A DNA stretch of 32,000 nucleotides from Candidatus Pelagibacter ubique HTCC1062 (lineage in GTDB: Bacteria > Pseudomonadota > Alphaproteobacteria > Pelagibacterales > Pelagibacteraceae), in contig NC_007205.1 of assembly GCF_000012345.1 (NCBI RefSeq), positions 480,001 through 512,000 on the forward strand. The letters are read 5' to 3'. Both the position numbers and the translations under genes were made by a program. Under the pieces are notes generated by a model, which was not told where the DNA came from, did no database searches, and saw nothing but the letters and a program-made list of their open reading frames with translations. Shown piece after piece: positions 8,399 through 16,275 of this stretch (within the stretch, counting starts at the first letter, position 1; each line of letters starts with the position of its first letter).

Positions 8399-9211
8399 AT
8401 GGTTGAATTGGATAAAAAATATCATATCGGAGTTAAAAAGTTTGGCTTTGTAAATTGGATTGGCTTTAAAAGTCTATGGCTTAAAGAGTGTAACAGGTTC
8501 ATGGCAGTTTGGCAGCAAACTTTGTTATCTCCACTTGTTTCAAGTTTATTATTTTTATCAGTTCTATCCCTAGCTTTAGGCAATAATAGAGGAGATGTAC
8601 TTGGCTATTCTTTTATAAATTTTTTAGCTCCTGGTTTAATTGCGATGAGCATCTTAACACAATCATTTAGTCACTCTGTTTCTTCACTAATGATAGGAAA
8701 AATTCAAGGAAATATTGTTGATATGCTCTATGCACCATTATCAGCCCTTGAAGTATCAATGGCAATAATATTGGCTGCCTTAACAAGAAGTTTTTTAATA
8801 GCTATAATTTCAATAGCTGTCTTTTCATTAATAGTTGATATCACAATTTATAATATCTTTTATATTTTTGTCTTTGGTTTTTTAGGAGCATTTATTTTGG
8901 GAAGCTTAGGTTTTATCACCGGTCTTTGGGCTGAAAAATTTGATCATACAGCAACTGTAATAAATTTTATAATAACTCCATTAAGTTTTTTATCTGGAGT
9001 ATTTTATTCAATAGATAAACTTCCACAATTTTTTCAAACGATAAGTCATATTAATCCATTTTTTTATATGATCGATGGGTTTAGATATGGCTTCTTAGGA
9101 AAATCAGATGGATCGATAACAGTAGGCTTAATCTATCTAATTATATTAAGTGTTCTCATGTGGTATGTTGCTTTTCTTCTTTACAAAAAAGGTTATAAAA
9201 TTAAATCTTAG
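8399..9211 (+). CDS. ABC-2 type transporter permease (YadH-like)
   Basis: 270 aa with about six hydrophobic segments and an N-terminal cytoplasmic region typical of ABC-2 permeases. No ATPase gene lies adjacent in this window. Confidence 0.75.
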   Translation: MVELDKKYHIGVKKFGFVNWIGFKSLWLKECNRFMAVWQQTLLSPLVSSLLFLSVLSLALGNNRGDVLGYSFINFLAPGLIAMSILTQSFSHSVSSLMIGKIQGNIVDMLYAPLSALEVSMAIILAALTRSFLIAIISIAVFSLIVDITIYNIFYIFVFGFLGAFILGSLGFITGLWAEKFDHTATVINFIITPLSFLSGVFYSIDKLPQFFQTISHINPFFYMIDGFRYGFLGKSDGSITVGLIYLIILSVLMWYVAFLLYKKGYKIKS

Positions 9212-9214
9212 TTA

Positions 9215-10381
9215 ATGAGCGCTTTAGCAAAAAATTATAATAGAAAAAAAATCTCTTTTAAATATGGTAAGGGAAGTTTTTTATATTCTACTAATGGAAA
9301 AAAATATTTAGACTTTGTTCAGGGAATAGCAGTAAATTCCTTGGGGCATGCAAACCCAAATTTAATAAAAGCAGTTAACAAACAATCTAAAAAACTTTGG
9401 CATGTTTCTAATGCATTTATCATTCCAGAGGGAGAAAAATTGGCTAAAAGATTGGCAAAAAAAACTTTTGCAGATTTTATTATTTTCCAAAATAGTGGAG
9501 CAGAAGCCACAGAAGCAGCAATTAAAGTTGCTAGAAGGTATTTTTATTCGATAGGACAACCTTCAAAAAATAGAATTCTTTGTGTTAAAAATTCATTTCA
9601 TGGAAGAACATTAGCTACAATTTATGCTAGTGGATCAAAGAAGATGACGGAGGGCTTTGGACCGAAAGTTGATGGATTTGACCATTTTGAATTTGGAAAT
9701 CATAAAGATTTTAAAAAAAAAATAACAAAAAAAACGGCTGCTATTATGGTTGAAACTGTGATGGGAGAAGGAGGAATTAAAGTTATACCCAATTGGTGTT
9801 TAAAAGAATTAAGAAAAATTTGTGATAAGAAAAAAATTTTATTAATTTTAGATGAAGTCCAGTGTGGAATTGGAAGAAGTGGAAATTTTTTTGCATTTGA
9901 AAATTCGAAAATTAAGCCCGATATTGTTCCAATAGCAAAAGGAATTGGAGGTGGGTTTCCGTTAGGTGCAGTTTTAATGAATAAAAAGGTAGCATCAGGA
10001 ATGACAGCTGGAACTCATGGGTCAACATTTGGTGGCAACCCACTAGCTATGTCTGTTGGAAATGCAGTTTTAGATCAAATATCAAAAAAAGGATTTCTTT
10101 CAAATGTTAAAAAATTATCAAAATATTTTCATTCAGAATTAAATATATTGAGAAAAAAGTTTCCTAAAATAATTAAAGAAGTAAGAGGTGTTGGTTTATT
10201 AATAGGATTACAACTTCATAATGATCAAACAAAATTTATACAGAAACTAATGGATAATAAATTATTAACAATTAGAGCGGCTGAAAATGTTATTAGAATA
10301 TTACCTCCTCTTAATGTTAAAAAAGAAGAAATAAAAATAGCAATAAATATTATTGAAAAAGTGTGTTCTACTTATAAATAA
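9215..10381 (+). CDS. argD: acetylornithine aminotransferase
   Basis: 388 aa class III aminotransferase. Motifs are FQNSGAEATEAAIK, LILDEVQCGIGRSG and the PLP lysine in DIVPIAKGIGGGFPLG. It lies next to argF. Confidence 0.9.
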   Translation: MSALAKNYNRKKISFKYGKGSFLYSTNGKKYLDFVQGIAVNSLGHANPNLIKAVNKQSKKLWHVSNAFIIPEGEKLAKRLAKKTFADFIIFQNSGAEATEAAIKVARRYFYSIGQPSKNRILCVKNSFHGRTLATIYASGSKKMTEGFGPKVDGFDHFEFGNHKDFKKKITKKTAAIMVETVMGEGGIKVIPNWCLKELRKICDKKKILLILDEVQCGIGRSGNFFAFENSKIKPDIVPIAKGIGGGFPLGAVLMNKKVASGMTAGTHGSTFGGNPLAMSVGNAVLDQISKKGFLSNVKKLSKYFHSELNILRKKFPKIIKEVRGVGLLIGLQLHNDQTKFIQKLMDNKLLTIRAAENVIRILPPLNVKKEEIKIAINIIEKVCSTYK

Positions 10382-10383
10382 AT

Positions 10384-11313
10384 ATGAAACATTTCATCAA
10401 CCTTAAAGATATACCTTCAGCAGATCTTAAAAAAATCATCATTGATGCAAAGAACAGAAAACAAAAAAGAAAAAATTATAACACTTTAGAAGTTGATAAA
10501 GATAAACCTTTAAAAGGCAAGTTACTCATTCAAATGTTTGAAAAAGCAAGTTTGAGAACGCGATTAAGTTTTTACCTTGCAATAAAACAACTAGGTGGAG
10601 GAACTATAACACTTAGAGCTAATGAATTACACCTAGGAAAAGGTGGGGAAAGTCTAGCAGATACTGCTAAAATTTTATCAACTTATGGGGATGGTTTTAT
10701 GCTGAGAACTGACAGTGATAAAAAAATAGAAGAATTTAGCAGATACTTAAAGATACCAGTAATAAATGGTCTAAGTCCATCGTCTCATCCAACACAAGTG
10801 CTATCAGATATTTTCACAGTTGAAGAAATTAAAAAAAAATCTATTTCCAAATTAAATATTTGTTGGATTGGAGATTCTAATAATGTTCTAAATAGTTTGA
10901 TTGCTGCTTCAGTTAAATTTTCTTTCAACTTAAATATTGGTTGTCCCAAGAATTATGGGCCTAAAAAATTTGTATTAGATTGGGTAAAAAAAAATAAAAG
11001 AAAAATTCACATCTTTTATGATGCTAAAAAAGCAGTTAAAAATGCTGATGTAATTTTTTCAGATAAAGTAATTTCATTGAACGATAAAGTTAATAAAAAT
11101 AAAAAAATTAAAGATTTTAGAAACTTTCAAATCAATTCAAAATTGATGAGTTTTGCTAAAAAAGATACAACTTTTTTACACTGTCTTCCAAGGGGAGAAG
11201 AGGTTGCAGCAGATGTTTTTTTGGGAAAAAATTCTGAAGTATGGCTGCAGGCTCTAAATAGAGTGCATGTTCAAAAAAGTATTTTATTATATTGTTTTGG
11301 TAAATTAAGGTAG
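10384..11313 (+). CDS. argF: ornithine carbamoyltransferase-family protein (variant motifs)
   Basis: 309 aa. HPTQ and HCLP motifs are present. The carbamoyl-phosphate motif reads SLRTR (canonical STRTR). The ornithine loop reads DKVISLN (canonical DxxxSMG). Confidence 0.8.
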   Translation: MKHFINLKDIPSADLKKIIIDAKNRKQKRKNYNTLEVDKDKPLKGKLLIQMFEKASLRTRLSFYLAIKQLGGGTITLRANELHLGKGGESLADTAKILSTYGDGFMLRTDSDKKIEEFSRYLKIPVINGLSPSSHPTQVLSDIFTVEEIKKKSISKLNICWIGDSNNVLNSLIAASVKFSFNLNIGCPKNYGPKKFVLDWVKKNKRKIHIFYDAKKAVKNADVIFSDKVISLNDKVNKNKKIKDFRNFQINSKLMSFAKKDTTFLHCLPRGEEVAADVFLGKNSEVWLQALNRVHVQKSILLYCFGKLR

Positions 11314-11874
11314 CTGTTTAGGGCTATCACTATTTTGATTTAGGTACTTAATAATCGAGGCTCTATCTGCTTCTTTTCTCAAGCCAGCGTAAGACATTTT
11401 TGTTCCTTTCAAATATGAGCTAGGTTTTGTTAAAAAACCATTGAGTTCTTCAAAAGTCCAGTCTTTACCATATGAGGCTAAAGTTTTAGAATATTTGTAG
11501 TCTTCTACAGCACCTACTTTACTGCCCACTACGTTATAAAGAGCAGGACCAATTTTATTTGGACCACCTTTTTCAATAGAGTGACATGCTGCACATTTTT
11601 TAAAAATTTTTTCACCTAAAGTTACATCGCCTAGAGCCATTATAGCGGCAATGTCTACTTTTTGCTCAACTTCAGCAACTTGAGATACTGTGGAAGCTGG
11701 TTGTCCTTCTACTTCAACTTGATACCCTGGATTTTCTGGTTTATTTACATGAAAGACACCGTCGGCAACTTTTCCTAAACCAATTACAAGAAGTGCAACC
11801 ATTAAAATAGCAGCAATAATTTTATTAAGCTCGAACGAATCCATATAAATTTTATTATTTTGCAGATATAACAT
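11305..11874 (-). CDS. membrane-anchored class I cytochrome c
   Basis: 189 aa. It has an N-terminal TM helix (IIAAILMVALLVIGLG), a heme motif CAACH and a distal Met region GTKMSYAGL. The real start may be the second ATG, at 11844. Confidence 0.88.
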   Translation of the reverse strand: MLYLQNNKIYMDSFELNKIIAAILMVALLVIGLGKVADGVFHVNKPENPGYQVEVEGQPASTVSQVAEVEQKVDIAAIMALGDVTLGEKIFKKCAACHSIEKGGPNKIGPALYNVVGSKVGAVEDYKYSKTLASYGKDWTFEELNGFLTKPSSYLKGTKMSYAGLRKEADRASIIKYLNQNSDSPKQLP

Positions 11875-11912
11875 GATAATTAAAAAAATACTTAATTTTT
11901 AATTTTTAATTT

Positions 11913-11929
11913 TGCGTCTGTTAGACGCA
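11913..11929. promoter_or_regulatory. perfect 7-bp inverted repeat TGCGTCT-gtt-AGACGCA in the cytochrome c / kdsB divergent spacer
   Basis: Read directly from the sequence. It is a GC-rich palindrome in an AT-rich spacer, preceded by phased T-tracts (aatttttaatttttaattt). Function is unknown. Confidence 0.4.
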
Positions 11930-11947
11930 CAAATTGGTAAATTTATA

Positions 11948-12688
11948 ATGGCTAAAACATTAATATTAATTCCATCAAGAATGTCAGCAAGTAGATTGCC
12001 AGGTAAACCGCTTTTAACAATTAATAATTTATCAATAATTTCTCATGTTTTTAAAAGGGCAGAAGAAACAAATATTGGCGAGGTAGTAGTAGCAACCGAA
12101 GATCAAGAAATACTCGATGATGTTGAAAAAAATGGTGGTAGAGCTGTTTTGACGAGTAACACTCACAAAACTGGCACAGATAGAATTTTTGAGGCTTACG
12201 AAAAGCTTAATATTAAAGACATTGATTTTATATTAAACCTGCAAGGGGATGAACCAAATATCAATAAAAATGATATTATAAATTTAAATAACTTTATGAT
12301 TAATAGTAATTCTGGAATTGGAACGCTAGCAGCAGAAATTAAAAATGATAAAATGTTAATTGATCAAAATATAGTTAAGGTTATTACAGAAACAAAATTA
12401 GAAAAGAATAATTTTCCAATAGCATTAAATTTTACTAGAGATGGTTTTTCAAGAAATGATCAAAATATTTATCATCATATTGGAATCTATTCGTATAAAA
12501 CAAGTACATTAAAAAAATTTGTTAGTCTGGACCAAACATTTAAAGAAAAAAAAAATAGATTAGAACAGTTAAGAGCATTAGATAATGATCTGAAAATCAA
12601 CGTTGCTTTGGCAAACTTTTCTCCCATTGGTGTAGATACAAAAGAAGATTATCTAGCTATAAAAAAAATTATGGAATATAAATCCTAA
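11948..12688 (+). CDS. kdsB: 3-deoxy-manno-octulosonate cytidylyltransferase (CMP-KDO synthetase)
   Basis: The N-terminus MAKTLILIPSRMSASRLPGKPL matches KdsB, and the protein also has NLQGDEP. I prefer the ATG at 11948 over the TTG at 11912 in the ORF track, because the extra 12 codons cover the palindrome and have no family counterpart. Confidence 0.88.
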   Translation: MAKTLILIPSRMSASRLPGKPLLTINNLSIISHVFKRAEETNIGEVVVATEDQEILDDVEKNGGRAVLTSNTHKTGTDRIFEAYEKLNIKDIDFILNLQGDEPNINKNDIINLNNFMINSNSGIGTLAAEIKNDKMLIDQNIVKVITETKLEKNNFPIALNFTRDGFSRNDQNIYHHIGIYSYKTSTLKKFVSLDQTFKEKKNRLEQLRALDNDLKINVALANFSPIGVDTKEDYLAIKKIMEYKS

Positions 12689-12689
12689 A

Positions 12690-13520
12690 ATGACCAAAAT
12701 TTATTTTCAAGGAACGTTCGGTGCTTATTCACATTTAGCAGCTCTAGAAATAGATCCTAAAGCAGAAATAATTCCATGTAAGACATTTGATGAATGTTTT
12801 TTAAAAACATCTCAAGATAAAAATTCGAGAATGGTAATTCCAGAATCAAATCGAATTACAGGAAATATTGGAATCGAATATCTTATTTTTAAGTATAGAC
12901 TTAATATTTATGCGGAACATTTTCAGAAAATTGAACATAATTTATTAGGACAGCCAGATAGCAATTTAAGTGATATCAAAGATGTTTATTCTCACGCTCA
13001 AGCTTTATCACAGTGCTCTAAATTTATTAAAAAAAATAATTTAGTTGAACATATTCGTGCAGATACTGCTGGTTCAGCTGAGACAATTTCAAAGTCTAAA
13101 ATTAAAACAGAAGCTGCAATTGCCTCTACTTTAAGTGCTGAAATTTATGATCTAAAAATACTTTCAAAAAATATTGAAAATGAAAAAGGAAATGCTACGA
13201 GGTTTTTGGTAATGGGTAATGAAGTTTTACAGCCTGATTTTGGTGATAAAAAATACATAACTTCTTTTCTATTTAAGTTAAAAAGTAAGCCTGCAGCTCT
13301 CTATCAATCATTAGGTGGCTTTGCGATCAATGGAGTTAACCTTACAAAACTTCAAAGCTATCCAGAGCAAAATTCCTTTGAGTCATATTTTTTCTTATGT
13401 GATTTAGAGGGACACATAGACAATCCAAAAGTACAAAAGTCTTTAGAAGAATTAGGACTTCATTGCCAAGATTTTCACGTACTAGGTGTTTTTGAGGCTG
13501 ATAAGTTTAGAGAAAAATAA
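12690..13520 (+). CDS. pheA: prephenate dehydratase (PDT plus ACT domain)
   Basis: 276 aa. It starts YFQGTFGAYSHLAA and has a catalytic TRF motif (GNATRFLVMG). The C-terminal ACT-like region carries QSYP where ESRP is usual. Confidence 0.88.
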   Translation: MTKIYFQGTFGAYSHLAALEIDPKAEIIPCKTFDECFLKTSQDKNSRMVIPESNRITGNIGIEYLIFKYRLNIYAEHFQKIEHNLLGQPDSNLSDIKDVYSHAQALSQCSKFIKKNNLVEHIRADTAGSAETISKSKIKTEAAIASTLSAEIYDLKILSKNIENEKGNATRFLVMGNEVLQPDFGDKKYITSFLFKLKSKPAALYQSLGGFAINGVNLTKLQSYPEQNSFESYFFLCDLEGHIDNPKVQKSLEELGLHCQDFHVLGVFEADKFREK

Positions 13521-13534
13521 CTTAGAAAGTTTTC

Positions 13535-13564
13535 TTGTAGAATTGAAAACATTACTGTTATAAT
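13535..13564 (+). promoter_or_regulatory. sigma70-type promoter for ffs (extended -10)
   Basis: The -35 is TTGTAG (13535..13540), followed by an 18-nt spacer and TGT-TATAAT (-10 at 13559..13564). The predicted start, about 7 nt downstream, coincides with the first base of the SRP RNA closing helix (13571). Confidence 0.5.
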
Positions 13565-13570
13565 AGTTTT

Positions 13571-13654
13571 GGAGGCTAGAGGTGGATACTGCTTGAACCC
13601 GACCAGATCTTAACGGAAGCAGTCGTAGAGACAGTTATTCAGGTTCTAGTCTCC
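13571..13654 (+). ncRNA. ffs: signal recognition particle RNA, small bacterial (4.5S) type
   Basis: The 5' GGAGGCTAGA pairs with the 3' TCTAGTCTCC as a closing helix. The conserved domain IV core CCAGATCTTAACGGAAGCAG compares with E. coli CAGGUCCGGAAGGAAGCAG. It is a GC-rich island in an AT-rich genome and sits in the classic ffs-dnaX-ybaB-recR synteny. The ends are approximate to within a few nt. Confidence 0.8.
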
Positions 13655-13664
13655 TTTATATAAA

Positions 13665-15338
13665 ATGAATAAAAATACAAAAGTTTTAGCTTTAAAGTAC
13701 AGACCTCAGACATTTAATGATCTTATAGGGCAAGATGTTGTTGCGGAAACAATTTCTAACTCTATTAAGGCTAATAAAGTGCCTAATGCCTATCTTTTTA
13801 CTGGAATTAGAGGAATAGGAAAAACGACAACAGCAAGGATTGTTGCAAAATCTCTAAATTGTTCAAATGGAATAGATAATTTGTGTAAAGAGGAACTTTG
13901 TGAAAATTGTAATGCCATTTCTAACTCAAATCATATTGATGTATTGGAAATGGATGCAGCAAGTAAAACAGGGGTGGACGATGTAAGAGACCTTATTGAA
14001 TTTTCTAGATATGGCCCAACTACTGCTAAATATAAAATATTTATAATTGATGAAGTTCACATGCTTAGCAAACAAGCATTCAATGCATTGTTAAAAACCT
14101 TAGAGGAGCCGCCAGAATATTTAAAATTTATCTTTGCAACAACAGAAATAAAAAAAATTCCAATTACAGTAGTCTCACGTTGTCAAAGATTTGATTTATC
14201 TAGAATTAAATCTTTAGAGTTGTTTGATTTTATTAGGAAAATTAAAGAAAAAGAAAATGGTAACGCATCAGATGATGCTCTTAAATTAATTGTTAAAATT
14301 TCTGAGGGTTCAGTTAGGGATGCGCTATCGTTACTTGATAGAGCTCTACTTACTTTGGATAAAGACAAAGAATTAGATCTTGCAGCAGCACAAAAAATAT
14401 TTGGTTATTTTGATAAGTCTCAATTAATTGATTTATTTGAATTAATATTTGAAGGTAAAGAAACTGAAGTTCTCAACACTTACAGAGAAATATATAACCA
14501 GGGTGTTGAACCAAAAATTTTTATTAATGATTTCTTAGAGCTCTTATATTATTTTAAAAATATTGATTCACTAAATTTGGATGGTAATAATTTTTTATTG
14601 AATGATGAAGAGTTTAATAAAATTAAAGATCTTTCAGAAAAAGTTAACAATGAGACCCTAATATTATTTTGGCAATTTACTATTAAAACACTTGAGGAGC
14701 TTGATATTGTTTCTAATCAACATTTATCAATGGAAATGTTCTTAATTAGATTAATTCATTTAAAAAGCATTAAACAGGAAAGTGAAAAATATAAAGAAGA
14801 TAGCAAACTATTAGTTGAAAGTGAAAACCAAACATCTTTTTCACCAAAAAAAACAAACGAAGATATCTTTGGAATAAAAGATAAATCTGAAACAATAGGT
14901 CAAATGAAAAATATTGTTCAGGAAAAAGATATCAAAGAAAAAGAAAATAATAACATTGAAACAAATACCAGTCTTATAAATTCATTTGATGATCTATTAA
15001 AAGCATGCTCTTCTAAAAAAGAGATTAAATTAAAATATGAATTAGAAAAAAATGTTAACCTTGTAAGTTTTGAGAACAAAAGAATTGAAATTTCATTTAA
15101 TGAAGATTTAGATAAAGATTTTATTAAAGATCTTTCAACAAAACTTTTTGAATGGACCAATGAAAGATGGATTATAAGTCTAAGCAAAACCAAAGGACAG
15201 CCATCAAAAAAAGAAGAAGAAATTAATGAAAAAAAAGAACTGATAGAAAGTGTAAAGAACTCCTCAATTTATAAAGATATTTTAAAAAATTTCCCTGATG
15301 CAGAACTTATTGATGTTAAACCTAGAAAAGAAGATTAA
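13665..15338 (+). CDS. dnaX: DNA polymerase III subunit tau/gamma
   Basis: 557 aa. It has Walker A GIRGIGKTTTARI, a Zn module CSNG..C..C.NC, Walker B IIDEVHML and sensor SRCQRF. Confidence 0.93.
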   Translation: MNKNTKVLALKYRPQTFNDLIGQDVVAETISNSIKANKVPNAYLFTGIRGIGKTTTARIVAKSLNCSNGIDNLCKEELCENCNAISNSNHIDVLEMDAASKTGVDDVRDLIEFSRYGPTTAKYKIFIIDEVHMLSKQAFNALLKTLEEPPEYLKFIFATTEIKKIPITVVSRCQRFDLSRIKSLELFDFIRKIKEKENGNASDDALKLIVKISEGSVRDALSLLDRALLTLDKDKELDLAAAQKIFGYFDKSQLIDLFELIFEGKETEVLNTYREIYNQGVEPKIFINDFLELLYYFKNIDSLNLDGNNFLLNDEEFNKIKDLSEKVNNETLILFWQFTIKTLEELDIVSNQHLSMEMFLIRLIHLKSIKQESEKYKEDSKLLVESENQTSFSPKKTNEDIFGIKDKSETIGQMKNIVQEKDIKEKENNNIETNTSLINSFDDLLKACSSKKEIKLKYELEKNVNLVSFENKRIEISFNEDLDKDFIKDLSTKLFEWTNERWIISLSKTKGQPSKKEEEINEKKELIESVKNSSIYKDILKNFPDAELIDVKPRKED

Positions 15339-15341
15339 AGA

Positions 15342-15659
15342 ATGACTGATTTTACAAAAATTTTAGATAAAGCAAAAGAATTAGAGGCTAAAATGAAAGA
15401 GAGCCAAGAAAAAATAAAGAACATTCAGGTAGAAGGAACGTCTGGTTCAAATTCTGTAAAGGTTACTTTAAATGGTGAAAATGAAATGATCAAAATTGAC
15501 CTTTCTGACGAAATATTAAAGGAAAATAAAATTATAATCGAAGATTTGATAGTGGCTGCCCATAATAATGCAAAATCAGAATTAAAATCTAAGACATCTG
15601 AAGAAATTTCTAAGTCTACAAGTGGATTAGGTATTCCTGGTTTTAAATGGCCGCTTTAA
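15342..15659 (+). CDS. ybaB: YbaB/EbfC family nucleoid-associated protein
   Basis: 105 aa with a coiled N-terminus and a central VEGTSGSNSVKVTLNGENEMIKIDL region typical of YbaB. It lies between dnaX and recR. Confidence 0.88.
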   Translation: MTDFTKILDKAKELEAKMKESQEKIKNIQVEGTSGSNSVKVTLNGENEMIKIDLSDEILKENKIIIEDLIVAAHNNAKSELKSKTSEEISKSTSGLGIPGFKWPL

Positions 15660-15663
15660 GAAT

Positions 15664-16275
15664 ATGCAAAATATTAATGAGATAGAAGAGTTAATTAAAT
15701 TAATTTCTAAACTTCCTGGCTTAGGTCCTAAATCTGCAAAAAGAATTGTTTTAAAACTTATTAATAATAGGGATGAACTTGTAAAACCAATGGCAAACAC
15801 TTTGGCGCAAGTTTATAAAAATGTTATTAGGTGTCAATCTTGTGGTACTTTAAAATCTAATTCATTAGGCTGTAACAATTGTGAAAATTCAAAAGAAAAA
15901 TATAATAAAATATGTGTAGTTGAAGACATTGCAGATCAATGGTCAATTGAAAATTCTAATATCTATAAAGGCTACTTTCATATTCTTGGTGGCACTATTT
16001 CTTCTGCTGGCCAGAGAAAAGAAGATCTTTTGATTAATTCATTAGTAGAAAGAGTTTCAAGAGAAAATATTGAAGAAGTTATACTAGCAACAAGTGCAAC
16101 AGTAGAAGGTCAAACTACCGCTTATTACATAGAGGATAGTTTAAAAAAAACTTCTACTAAGGTTACAAAACTTGCTCAAGGACTTCCTGTTGGTGGCGAA
16201 ATAGAAAGTCTCGATGATGGAACTTTATATTCAGCTTTTAAAAACAGAACTGGAATTAAAACTAATTCTGACTAG
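15664..16275 (+). CDS. recR: recombination protein RecR
   Basis: 203 aa. It has an HhH region LPGLGPKSAKRI, a C4 zinc finger CQSCG...CNNC and a Toprim region VVEDIADQWSIE. Confidence 0.93.
   Translation: MQNINEIEELIKLISKLPGLGPKSAKRIVLKLINNRDELVKPMANTLAQVYKNVIRCQSCGTLKSNSLGCNNCENSKEKYNKICVVEDIADQWSIENSNIYKGYFHILGGTISSAGQRKEDLLINSLVERVSRENIEEVILATSATVEGQTTAYYIEDSLKKTSTKVTKLAQGLPVGGEIESLDDGTLYSAFKNRTGIKTNSD

Noticed and set aside
11912-11947. TTG-initiated 12-codon N-terminal extension of kdsB given in the ORF track.
   Set aside because: The KdsB family N-terminus aligns from the ATG at 11948 (MAKTLILIPSR...). The extension would translate through the GC-rich palindrome and has no family counterpart.
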